A stretch of DNA of 63,828 nucleotides, filler included, from Octopus bimaculoides (taxonomy: Eukaryota), in the NCBI RefSeq assembly GCF_001194135.2. It is 5 parts of 4 records of this genome, joined end to end, with 100 filler letters (N's around TTAATTAATTAA, not from the genome) between each part and the next. Parts side by side here need not be neighbours in the genome. Positions count along the whole stretch, not along the records: positions 1 to 31,393 come from NC_068989.1; positions 31,494 to 41,433 come from NC_069006.1; 3 more parts are not named here. One strand, 5' to 3'. Of the stretch, positions 30,442 through 41,533 are shown piece by piece (position 1 is the first letter of the stretch; the number at the start of each line of letters is the position of its first letter). A program made the translations under genes and the position numbers. Below the pieces are notes generated by a model. It searched no databases. It was given only the letters and a program-made list of their open reading frames with translations, and was not told the origin of the DNA.

Positions 30442-30548
30442 ACCGGAGTACGCACATTAAATGTGCTAACAAAACTGTCCGATGAACGGGAACGTGAAAC
30501 TCAGAGTAACGGTTTTTTTTGTTATGTTTCTGCTGCTTTTAAATAAAG
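30442..30548 (+). mobile_element. Short non-autonomous PLE-type terminal-repeat element, copy 1
   Basis: Homologous, in the opposite orientation, to 48288-48440. Starts with an inverted copy of the family 3' terminus (accggagta.gcaca.taaa.gtg). Confidence 0.6.
30471..30516 (+). ncRNA. Hammerhead-like fold with a CCGAUGA (U4C) core
   Basis: AAAACTGT / CCGATGA / ACG-ggaa-CGT / GAAA / CTCAGAG / T-A / ACGGTTTT. 8-bp stem I with one G-U pair, 3-bp stem II, stem III, GUA triplet. Confidence 0.7.
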
Positions 30549-30556
30549 TATATATA

Positions 30557-31390
30557 TATATATATATACATACAGAGTGCAATGGGTAAATTGTCACCGA
30601 TTTATATTACGGTAGAGTCAGTTCAGTACCGTCTGTTAGAAAAAATAGCACCATTACGCAATTCACTCTGCCCAAAATTTCCAAAGACATGCACTGTTGC
30701 TTGGCATTCGTGCCGGAAGCTCCAATAACAATATTTCACAGTATATGGGTACCAATCTGAAGACAAGTACCGAGAATGATAAAATCCTACATTCAGTCAA
30801 CATCATGGTATTTGGAGTGATCGCTAGTGCCGTTATGCCTCTGCTGACCTTCCCACAAGCCCGCAAACTCCATTCAGAGGACTACATCAAATGCTTGGAG
30901 TATGTGGCGCTATCCTGGATCAAGAGAGTGGTGCTGGAAGACCCCATGTCTGGTAATAAGAATCTGCACCATACCACACAAGTAGGAGAACCCAGCCATG
31001 GCTGTCACACAATTTCTGCGACCACATCACCCCTAAAATCTGGCCACCTACCTCTCCAGGCTGCAAACCTTTCGATTATTATATGTGAGGTGTAGTTGAA
31101 CAAGTGATCAATAAAATCTCCATGTAACACCGAAGATGAACCTAAGGCAAGGATTATGGCAGTATTCACCATCTTAAACTGGGAGACCGTCGAGAAGGGT
31201 TGCAGGTGATTGCGAAGTCGTCTGAAGGCCGTAGTTTAAGCCGTTAGTGATTTTATTCAATAAATTAACTCTCTAGTATTTCAAGATATATTTATGTACT
31301 TTTGGTAAATATACCTGTTAATATAGGACGCCTGGGTCGTTCTCATTTTATCGTAATTTAAACGACAGTGTATACACGGCACTCTGTATA
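30557..31390 (+). mobile_element. Internally deleted maT/DD37D Tc1-mariner element
   Basis: MVFGV...DYIKCLE...SAPYHTSRRTQPWL..NFCDHITPKIWPP. Ends share TA-CAGAGTGC inverted termini. Frameshifts and stops are present. Confidence 0.75.
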
Positions 31391-31393
31391 TAT

Positions 31394-31493
31394 NNNNNNN
31401 NNNNNNNNNNNNNNNNNNNNNNNNNNNNNNNNNNNNNTTAATTAATTAANNNNNNNNNNNNNNNNNNNNNNNNNNNNNNNNNNNNNNNNNNNN
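31394..31493. other. Artificial scaffold linker (44 N + TTAATTAATTAA + 44 N)
   Basis: Exactly 100 bp and identical at four positions. Confidence 0.95.
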
Positions 31494-32180
31494 CCCGAAG
31501 ACTAAAGAACGTTCCCGAGGAGGCAAAAACGTTCCCGTAGATGCAAAAACGATCCCGAAGACGTAAGAACGTTCCCGATGACGCAAAAACGTTCCCGAAA
31601 ACGTAAGAACGTTCCCGGAGACGTAAAAACGGTCCCGAGGACGAAAGAACGTTCTCGAAATCACAAAAAACGTTCCAGAAGACGCAAAAACCTTCTCGAA
31701 GACGCAAGAACCTTCCCGAAGAGCCTAAAACGTTCCCGAAATCACAAAAGCGTTCTCGAAGATGTAAAAACGTTCCTGAAGACGCAAAAACGTTCTCGAA
31801 GACGCAAAAACGTTCCCGATGACGCAAGAACGTTCCGGAAGACGCAAAAACGTTTCCGAAGATGCAAAAATGTTCCCGAATAGGCAAAAACGTTCCCGAA
31901 GACCCAAAAATGATCATGAAGAGGCAAAAACGTTCCCGAAGGCGCAAAAACGATCACGAAGACGCAAAACCGTTCCCGAAGACGAAAAAACTTTTCAGAA
32001 GACGTAAGGACGTTCCTGAAGACGCAAAAACTTTCCCGAAAACGCAAAAACGTTTCCGACGAGGCAAAAACGTTCCCGTAGACGCAAAAAAGTTCCCGAA
32101 GACGCAAGAACGTTCCCGAAGACGCACAAAAATTCCCGAAGACGCAAAAACTTTCCCGAAGACGAAAGAACGTTCCCGAA
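31494..32180. repeat. 20-bp minisatellite, about 34 copies, consensus GACGCAAAAACGTTCCCGAA
   Basis: The 20-nt periodicity is directly visible. The array begins at a scaffold edge. Confidence 0.95.
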
Positions 32181-32574
32181 ATGTACGTATGTATATATGT
32201 ATGTATGTATGTACGTATGTAATGTAGCTACGTGCTAAAATTTGAAAGCAATATCAGAACTGCTAATATAACAATGGAAGCATTCAGGGACGTACTTCTA
32301 ATTATAATTAAAACAAGACATTATGGTTTTTTAAATTCATCTTTATTTCAAAAGCTTATCTCTACTGACCAGAGGTACATGCTAGAAATGGTAGCCAAAT
32401 CCCCCTCAAGTCACACCCTACCACTTTTTTTAAACAAAGAGGCTCTGGATAATGTGGTCCTCAATTCATCACATACACACACAAAAAAAAAAGACAAGTT
32501 TGTCATGAATAGAATGACTAATTATAGATGTGCTCCATCAAGGTTAGCCTGAAGCCAAACAACAAGAACATTTA

Positions 32575-33615
32575 CAAGATGCATTCGAGAAGTTTAGAAA
32601 CCTTTTTTTTAAGAGTAGCATTTCTACTAAACACTAATTGTCACAGCTGTCTTGTTTGCAGACTGCAGTCAGGACATGAAGACAATTTGGATGTTCACTA
32701 TGTGATAAAGTTTTGTGTTAAACTTGCAACAATGCTACAAAAACTTATGAGATGCTCCAGACAGTTCATGAGTTAACTTGTATGAAGCACTGTTTTTTCA
32801 GTCACAAGAAGTTCAAGGCTGTTCTCTCAAGAGTAGAGAGGGATGCTATAACATCAAAGCTGGTTGAGAAAATTTGAAAATTTCTGGATAAAGACTGTCA
32901 TGTGTCTATAAAGACAATAGAGTATGGAGTTGGTGTACCAACTATACACAAAATTACTCATAAAAATCAGAACATGGTTAAAATTTGTATAAAGTTTGTT
33001 CCCAGGGCACTTAGTAACCAACAAATAAAAAGATGCATTGTTGACAGCAGGGAGATAGTTGAACTCATTGTCTCTAATCCAAGAGTACTTGAGTCTCTGA
33101 ATCTATTATGATCTATAGACGAAGAGACAAGAGACCTCCAGGCCCAAGAAAGCCAGGCAAAGCAAGTCCACCAGGAAGCTCATGATGATCCCCCGCTTTT
33201 TCAACAAGGTTATCATCTACATCCACTGGGTTCTCTCTGGTCAACAAAAAAGTACTCTTTGGAGGTTTTGAAAGAGTTCAGGAAACAACTTTGTCACAGA
33301 AGGCCAGAGTTCTTCCACTTGGGTTGGTGGGACCAGCACCAGTCCATAATTCCATCCTGGTAACCAACTTACTTGACAGAAACAGGTGCAGAAACTGTCT
33401 CTCACCTTCCCTACTTCTCAGACCTTGCTCTCTGTGACTTTTGGCTGTTCCCCAAGCTGAAGGAGAACCTCAGGGGCAATTGATTTGAAGGCTTTAAGAA
33501 GATGAAAGAGGTTGTGACAAGGATCTTGGACACCTTCACAAAGGGGCTAGAGTACAAAACTTAGAAGTTAATGTTGCTCCTTAAAAAAATCTCTAAACTT
33601 CAGGAATACACCTTG
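32575..33615 (+). mobile_element. Degenerate mariner (DD34D-type) element with terminal inverted repeats
   Basis: IKFCVKL, KFVPR.L, KKARQSKS..KLMM and PY.SDLA.CDFWLFPKLK motifs. The TIRs caagatgcattcgagaagtttagaaac and (reverse complement) caaggtgtattcctgaagtttagagat match. TA flanks. Confidence 0.8.
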
Positions 33616-33620
33616 TTACG

Positions 33621-33826
33621 TTAACTTTTTTTAGTCGATAAATAGTGAATAGCTTCAAAACACTCTGCATCGTTGAGAGCTTTTTTTAGAATATCAAGAG
33701 GACTTTTCTCTGATCAGGAACTCAGGAACCACCTTCTTAACATTTGGAAGCACTGTTCTTCTATGTCAAAAGGATTATCAGACCTGATATTTTCTAGTTG
33801 TGTACTTTTTAACCCCAGAAAAATTC
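33621..33826 (-). CDS. Death domain terminal exon (IFLGLKSTQLENIRSDNPFDIEEQCFQMLRRWFLSS*SEKSPLDILKKALNDAECFEAIHYLSTKKS*) with an internal in-frame TGA
   Basis: gtatcttttgcAG acceptor in phase 1. Death-domain pattern LGL....I..I..D.P....EQ...ML..W...L..AL. TGA at 33714-33716, final TAA at 33621-33623. May be a pseudogenised allele. Confidence 0.8.
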
Positions 33827-35095
33827 CTGCAAAAGATACAACAATAAGAAAAAATTACAATCATCATTTATGTGAGGCAGATTGTCTACAGCCAGATGTT
33901 CTTCTTGTCATGAACAACAATCCTTTACAAAAGTGGTTCCTAACCTATTTTTTGTAGTGCCCTCTCTTCCTTAAGTAGTTATATCTAGCACCTACCTAAG
34001 TGGTGAGTGTAACATCAGGATTAGACTAACTTATGGATGACAATTTATAAATTTTACTCTTAAAATGGATTGTATAAGCTTTTAACAGAGAAATGATAAA
34101 AAAATTGAATGAAGACAAAAGTTGTAAATTTACTTTATACATATTGCAGCTTAATGACTTGACTGCGCTTGATAAGATCTCATTTTATTTTACTAACCAT
34201 TAACAGTTTTATCATGTATAATATAATTAGTATCAGAGATAAAATCTAGAATGTTAATTATGGTACCTAACTGCCCTCTAAACCCCTTCAACATCCCCAC
34301 CTGGAGAACCTCTGCTTTATAACACTCCTGTAATGTTGAGACAAAGAGACATAAACATGAACACAGATACACATATAATGCAAATCTGCTTGTGACTGCC
34401 TCTGGCTTTATGATAGAAATTTCATGTTTTAAAGTGATCTAAGTTAAGGCTTTCAATTAAAACTCCAACTTACGTTCCCTGTGCTTGTCAAGATCTCATT
34501 TTATATAAATAACTATTGCTATTTTTATCGTAATATAATTGCTACTAGAGGTAAAATTTAAAATGTTAATTATGCTACCTCATGAATAATGACAAAGTTA
34601 ATTTACTAAATTCTTTAGTAGTTTCAAAATTAATTGCAATAAAAGTAGTGTATTTCAACAGAAATGTGACAAAAACGTAAAGTCAAGTCATTTACACAAT
34701 GACTTATGAGCCATAGGTTTGTACAATGAAGGTTGAGCAGAGGCTACAGAGCAACAAAAATTAAAAACAAAAGATTATCTGTAAACGAAAACCCTATTGC
34801 CATGGCAAACATCCAACATCTGTGTGCGTCTTTTACGTACATATGAACTACTGATGATATATATATATATATATATATGAGAGGTGTCTTTCAGTTTCTA
34901 TCTACTATATTTCCTCACAAGGATTTGGTTGGCCCAGAGCTAGAATAACCTTGCCCAAGGTGCCACGTAGTGGGATTGAATGGAAGACCACATGTTTGGG
35001 AAGCAAACTTCTTAATCACACAGCCACATGTATCAAAAGCTCAATTAGATGTAAAATTTATAGATATAAACCGTATGTTGTTATTTTATACTTAC

Positions 35096-35167
35096 CAACT
35101 TGCCGCCATGTGTTTGCTAATAGTTTTGCTATAATGAGAATGTCCTTGTCATCCAGTTTTTGAGAAT
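35096..35167 (-). CDS. Death domain N-terminal exon (DSQKLDDKDILIIAKLLANTWRQVG)
   Basis: tatttttttcAG acceptor, GTAAGT donor, 72 nt, phase 1-1. Death-domain helix 1-2 pattern L..IA..L...W..vG. Confidence 0.82.
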
Positions 35168-36119
35168 CTGAAAAAAATATTCCAAAATCTTTCACTTTAT
35201 ATTGGAATTTCTATCTCTGCTTATAATATATAATCTATTATTGTGAAACATTGCTATCATCAGTGGTCAACGGTTGACCACTAAGGTCTCAACATTTACA
35301 ATATCTACAGTGGTATCAGGTAATATCTAGATATTTAGGACCGCAATAAAATAAACTATTTGGGGATGGTCATATTTTTGCCAATCAACCACACACGCAT
35401 TATATACTTGGTCTTCACTTCAGCTTTATTATTATTATTTGAGTGTCTTTTGTCTGAAATCTTTCATTGGCCACTTCTGTCAAATCATCCAGCCCATGTT
35501 AAACGACAATGATGATCACACATCCTGTGACCTCTTGAGCTATGTCCCATCCCACGTGTCTCCTCCTGTTATGTTTAGTCCATTTTAAAAGTTAACTACC
35601 TTTTCTAAATCTCCTCAGTTTTTAAAGATATCCAACATATTCTCACAATAATCATTTATATCCTCTAGCTATAAACCTTTTGTGATTCTTTCCCGTGACC
35701 CCTCAGTGTGGAGATGTAACAGCTGGACCTGGAGAAACTCCCTGATCTCTGACCTACACACCCAGTTGAGAAACATTACCCCAGAGATCCCTCAGAGGAA
35801 TCCTATTTAAGCCACTTCTGTTCGTGACTGTTCTCTTTTTGTCATTACCCAAAACCAAATTTAAGACAGCAAGTTTGTTCTTTTGACTAACCTCTTGCCT
35901 TTAGAGGACTGACTGCTGAGAATTGGTGCATTACTGTGCCAGCAGCTGCAATTCAGCATTTTGCTCCATATCACTTGTTAATACAGCCCCTAAGATACTT
36001 AAATTTCTCCTCTTAATCCCCATTTATTTCAACAGTATCTTTTATTGTTTTAGTTTTACAGCTGGTATGATACTGAAAGGCAACAATGGATATACCGACA
36101 ACAAACTAAAGTCTTCTAG

Positions 36120-36290
36120 TTGGAGGTTACTCAAATGGGTGCGTAGCTTAGAGATCAGGGAGTTTCTCCAGGCCCAACTGCTGCTTTTTCACACTGAGAG
36201 GTCACAGCTCCACCACTATGGTCATGTGATTAGACTGTCACAGGAAAGAATCACAAAAAATTATAGCCAGCTGATAATTAAATGATTGTG
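36120..36290 (+). mobile_element. RTE-like LINE C-terminal remnant in an intron of the ANK-DD gene
   Basis: ERSQLHHYGHVIRLSQERITK resembles the ..QLRW.GHV.RM...R.PK motif. Confidence 0.55.
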
Positions 36291-36603
36291 AGAATATGTT
36301 GGACGTCTTTGTAAACTGAAAAGATTTAGCTAAGTTAGTTTATTTTTACTGCAGTCCTAAATGGAGTTTGGATCAAGACAAAATTCACGGGATGTGATGA
36401 CAGGTACATTATCTCTGAAAAGACTGGGTGGTCAGTTCTGGAACAGTCTTCCCTATAAGTCTGCCAGGTCTCAGCTGACTTTGAGCAAAGCAACGTGAAG
36501 CAGATTATACCACACCTGTACAGTGAATGAGACAGATCATCAAAGAATTCCTGAACTTTACCTGTTATACATCATTGATAATGGGGGCAATATTTACACT
36601 CAC

Positions 36604-36656
36604 CTGTCACTTCATGTTCACTGCCATGACTATCACTACACAATGGATTCTCCAAT
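36604..36656 (-). CDS. Linker micro-exon (LENPLCSDSHGSEHEVT)
   Basis: ttttattttgtttcAG acceptor, GTGAGT donor, 53 nt. Phase 2-1 exactly bridges the flanking exons. Confidence 0.65.
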
Positions 36657-37967
36657 CTGAAACAAAATAAAAACACAGCCCACCAATAGCATTAATTAAC
36701 ACTAGATATTATATAGTATACAGGTTTACAATGAATATTACAATACTCACAGAAAAGATCAATTGTAGAATAAAATATTTAACATATAAACTAGCTCAAA
36801 TATTCTACCTGTTTTACACTTAACACGTTAACTGCCCCAGCTCATACTGCGTACTATTTAATTACAAGGAAACGTAATTTTTTTTTCGTTTTTCCACTAT
36901 TTCATAATTAAGCTTTAATATTCAACACTCATGTTATTTTATCATTAGGAGACAACAGAGATGATCTATTGGCCGAAAAGTTGAATGACAAAGAAGATTC
37001 TATTAGTTCATTCAATTTCCTACAAGAATATTTGTAGTTTTATACATGTAAAGTAATTACTTTATTTTTTATAATATTTTTTTGAAAAATAAGTGCATGC
37101 CCTCTGCAGAGCTTGTGAAAAGGGTTCTGTCTTCTTAGCACTGAAACTCCAAAGGGTTAAATATCCTATCAAAGATACAGAATAAAATATTTTTTTTAAT
37201 TGTGAAAATATACCATTCTGCGTGACCGTCCATATACTTCTTGATCAGACCATTTTTATATATATATTATGTGGCAATGCTTAACAAGTAGAAAAGCAGT
37301 CGATCAGCTAAGAGAGTAAAGATAATCTTATAATTAAAAAAAAAACCCACAAATCTTGTTAATAGAGCTACTCAGGGTTTCCTGGTCGAAATAATAACTG
37401 ATTCTGCCATTTATCAAGCTGAACCGTTTGTCAGTTGTCTTTTGAACAGATGTTTACACAAGAGATGCTTGTAAAGGAGAGACACAAGGGAGATAACTAT
37501 CGTTACAAAAATTCGATATCAAGTAAACGTAAATCAGAAGTTAATGGTTTACTAAGTGTCCTGTGGTCTACTTTTAAATTCCAATAAGATGTATTTCTTG
37601 AAACGCTGACACAGAAAAAGTCTCAGTCTTCAAATTTATGTATTCGTTGGAGGTTCTCAAGTTTTTTTAAAAGATAGTTTCTCAAGAGAACACACTGAAC
37701 ATTTTTTGGGCCCTAGATATATTTACAAGATTTGTGTGTTTCTTTGTTTTTTTTTTCAGTAAACTCTTTATATATGCCTGCTTGAAGAGATGTAATTGAC
37801 CAGTATTGTTGAAGAGGAGGAGATGATAATGATGATGATCATCATCATAATTGACATGTGTTAATTTATCTTTTATAATGCTTCAGTAATGTTTCTGCAG
37901 GTGAATTTGAAACAATTGTTATGTAAGAAAGTGCTGGTTTATCCTGTCACTGTTAGTGAATACTTAC

Positions 37968-38143
37968 CGAGGTGGGTAAAGTTCTTTTAGTTTCCATTTC
38001 AGATCTTTATCTTCAATGAGATCAATTGGTTTGGTATTGTAGATGTTTCTACAATATAGGTCTGCTCCTTGCTCTGCTAGATAGCTAACCACTACAGCAG
38101 CAGAAAGTCTGGCTTCTTTAACAAGACCAAGCTTTAAACAGCA
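37968..38143 (-). CDS. Terminal ankyrin exon (CCLKLGLVKEARLSAAVVVSYLAEQGADLYCRNIYNTKPIDLIEDKDLKWKLKELYPPR)
   Basis: tttcatcttttgtAG acceptor, GTAAGT donor, 176 nt, phase 0-2. Resembles the last ankyrin unit of Mind bomb proteins (A..V..YLA.QGAD....N.....P.DL). Confidence 0.88.
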
Positions 38144-38444
38144 CTACAAAAGATGAAATATGAGGGCAACATCATAATACACAATTATGTGACCAAATTA
38201 CACAATAACCACACTATATCTCTGTACAGTTTGTACATTGAGTGATTGAACTGATTACATAATATTGAATTTTTACCTTATTTTGGGTTGAGTTCATTTT
38301 AAATTGATTTTTACATTATATTCAATGAAGTATCAATAAGTTCATCCCAAAATACAAACCACACTAGAACTTAACTATACAACTACTTAGATAAAATCAA
38401 TCGGTCACAACATGGGAAGTACTTATGTAAGAGTACTGTGTGTA

Positions 38445-38549
<105 letters not shown>

Positions 38550-39532
38550 TAACACTTTACAAGCAAATGCTATATATACTTGTGCGTGTGTATATATATA
38601 TATGTTTATATCATTTGAATTTACAGAAAACAAAAGACAAACACAGGTGAAGGAACAACAAGCAGGTCTATTAGTTTGATGCTAGGGAAGACTGGAAAAG
38701 TTTTTGATGTTTTGAGCCCATGCTCTTTAACAGAAAGGGTTGAGAAGAGAAAAAGGAGAAAGAATAATAAAAAATGTGTGGGGATTAATGTTTCAACATG
38801 ATGAAATATACACATAACTCATAAAACAGCTAATAACAACATGATGAGTATGCACAGCATGTCCAAATTCAACCAAACCACAATGAAATCCTGGACATAC
38901 CAATATAAAAGGCTTTTAATGATTCAACTCCAACTTTTACAGAACACAAAGGAGTTTCTTTAAAAACACTCATCTCTCTGATGTCCTTACATTCAACAGT
39001 ATTATATGGCATGACACAAGATGCCAGTATTTGTATGGAGAACTGTTACAGTTAGAACTCTTCTCAGAATGAAATAAGCACTAAAGAGGCTATCTCATCA
39101 TGTCAAACAGCCCTCTCTTCTACGATATATCATTATTTTGGAATGGTCGTTTTGACTTCACACTTTGATGACAAATTTTTTAGAAGTTGCTTTCAATACA
39201 GTAGAGGAGCCATGTCTTTGAGGATGCAAGGCAGTTGAATATTACTGGTTATATAATTCAAGTAGGCTTTATGAGAAGGGACTGTGATATCTAGTAGTGA
39301 TGGAGGAGGGATCAGGCCATTGTCAAACTGTGGTTCATTATCTGGCGTGAAACACATGATGCATGTTGAGCACCTTGACATGTGCTGAAGCACATGTCTT
39401 AGTCAAGAATAGGATCAGTCAGGGAGTTTGACTAGGGTGGTACGTCTGTCAAATGGTATGTTAATGGATGTGAACTGAGCCATGACAAACAATATCTATC
39501 AGTCTCTCTCACAAGATAGTTTTGATACTTAC

Positions 39533-39745
39533 CTTATCTAAGGCTTCAATGTGTTTAGTCTCAGATTCAAACTTCCTTTTCTTCAAGGCTAGATGAAGAG
39601 AAGTAACTCCATACATATCACCAACATTAACATCAGCCCCTTTCGACACTAAAGCATGAATCAGTCCCACATGTCCATTGGAGACAGCATGATGCAATGG
39701 TGTTTGTTTATCATCATAGTCTTGAATATTCAGTTGTATTTGATC
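39533..39745 (-). CDS. Ankyrin-repeat exon (DQIQLNIQDYDDKQTPLHHAVSNGHVGLIHALVSKGADVNVGDMYGVTSLHLALKKRKFESETKHIEALDK), MIB2-like
   Basis: Two ankyrin consensus units (TPLHHA..GH....L...GADVN; GVTSLHLA). Polypyrimidine AG acceptor, GTAAGT donor, 213 nt, phase 0-0. Confidence 0.92.
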
Positions 39746-40133
39746 CTATATTGAAGAAAAAAAAAAAACAACCTGGAAATAATTGTATATATCAATATGT
39801 CATTATGGCTTTCATCAAACTTTTAATGCAGATTTAGTGTTGTCAGGTAAAGAATATCCTTCATAGGTCCCTCTATAATTTGGAATATCTATTCACTTCT
39901 TGCATAATGAGTACAACCAGTTTCTGGATGGTAGCAGAGTCCTATCTTCTTTGCTATTTGACAGTGGCTATTGTCAACACCACAAGTATTGCTATCCTAA
40001 TTATCACTACGACCATAATAATGTACCATGCTTCTCCATATTTGTATGGGTTGGAGATGATTGTTTCACCAACAATGATGATATTGAACAACCAACAATG
40101 ATAAATGCTAAAGGAGTGTATATACTGACTAAC

Positions 40134-40170
40134 CTGGGACAGCAACAATTCCACCATTTTCTGATCATTC
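40134..40170 (-). CDS. Ankyrin-repeat/death-domain gene, first visible exon (xNDQKMVELLLSQ)
   Basis: Minus strand: ctataactttcAG acceptor, GTtagt donor. 37 nt (1+36), ends in phase 0 and joins in frame to the next exon. No upstream exon was found before the scaffold linker at 41434. Confidence 0.75.
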
Positions 40171-41004
40171 CTGAAAGTTATAGAAAGATGATATTGCAAC
40201 TAAAAATGCAAACATTACAGATACTGAGATAATTGATTATTAGATTAATAATTCATGAAAACAAACATAAGTAAATATAATTATAACATTATTTTCTACA
40301 ATATACAAAACAGTCACTTGGGCAAGTGTCTTCTGACCAAAGTCTTGTGGGTGGATATGACATGGAAACTGTGTTCGTCTTTGTGTTTGTTCCCTTTTCA
40401 CTGCTTGGCAACCAGTGTTGGTGTGTTTACATCCCATAACTTAGCAGTTCAGTTAATAGACGGATAGAATAAGTACCATGCTTAAAAAAATTACTGGGAT
40501 TGATTCATTCAACTTCAAGGTGGTGGTGCCCCATCATGGCTGCAGTCTAATGACTGAAACAAGTAAAAGATCTATATGAGGCCCAATAATGTAGCAATAT
40601 GGTACAGTGATACACAATAAGTAACCCTTTTGACACCAACCACCTGAGAATGCCCCTGGTTCTGAGATAAAAATTCCGTTTTGAAGTGATCTGAATTAAA
40701 ATGAATTTAAAATAATGATGAAATGCAAGATTTGAACTAGAAACACAAAAGAAACAAACCTGAATATACTGTGAAGTATTTAGAGTCGATGGTTACTGTT
40801 TTAACACATTACAAGAGAGAGGTGTAAAGTTTTATACGGACTTGCAGTAAGGTGAGTATTTGATACTGTAACAGGTGAAGATATAGATGAGAAGTAAAAA
40901 GAATCTAATCAGAAGTCAACATCGACACAAACATGATAATGGTGATCATTGGGGGGGGAATTATTGTAAGGGAGATAATCACTACTAGTCCAAGAAGAAC
41001 ACGA

Positions 41005-41264
41005 CGTCTCGGGTTCCAGTTGATCCGATTAACGTGCAAGTGGTTGAGCACTCCACAGACATAGATCTCGGGGATATTCTCTTGTGACTTTGAATTACAG
41101 GCACAACAGAAACAGGAAGTAAGAGTGAGAGAAAGAGTACGGAGCCTCGTGGAACTTTACGTGTTTTCGCTCAATAAACACTCACGACGCCCGGTCTGGG
41201 AATCGAAACCGCGATCCAATGACCAGGGCTCCGCTGCCCTAACCACTGGGCCATTGCGCCTCCA
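41005..41264 (-). mobile_element. tRNA-derived SINE (family B) with internal deletions
   Basis: Reverse complement of the head and body of 60083-60466. Confidence 0.8.
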
Positions 41265-41433
41265 TGACAAATCAATATAAACAAACGTAATTGAAAATTT
41301 AAAAGAAATAAACGAAATTTGAACTTTAAAAGTAACAAAGAAGATTCACGAAGTATACATTTTTTTTTTACTCATTACAAAGACCTTAAGTATAATTTTC
41401 ATTACTTAGAAATAAAGTCCATGATAGGATTAT

Positions 41434-41533
41434 NNNNNNNNNNNNNNNNNNNNNNNNNNNNNNNNNNNNNNNNNNNNTTAATTAATTAANNNNNNNNNNN
41501 NNNNNNNNNNNNNNNNNNNNNNNNNNNNNNNNN
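41434..41533. other. Artificial scaffold linker
   Basis: 44 N + TTAATTAATTAA + 44 N. Confidence 0.95.

Noticed and set aside
30236-30741. About 190-bp tandem duplication of the maT left end (also 10643-10740 and 52693-52840)
   Set aside because: The copies flank 10-N gaps, typical of unmerged contig overlaps or haplotypes; probably an assembly artefact.
31494-32180. CRISPR array or Lys/Arg-rich protein
   Set aside because: Head-to-tail 20-bp units with no unique spacers in a eukaryotic context; the ORFs are by-products of the periodicity.
33933-33941. Editing-complementary sequence for the UGA
   Set aside because: Only a 9-nt match (gtggttcct) that does not cover the stop codon; expected by chance.
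36330-36603. Extension of the linker exon into a roughly 75-codon open frame after another TGA
   Set aside because: A perfect GTGAGT donor lies at 36603, and the downstream peptide has no recognisable motif.
36826-37167. piggyBac-like MITE bounded by TTAA
   Set aside because: The ends (CACG versus CCCT) are not convincing inverted repeats.
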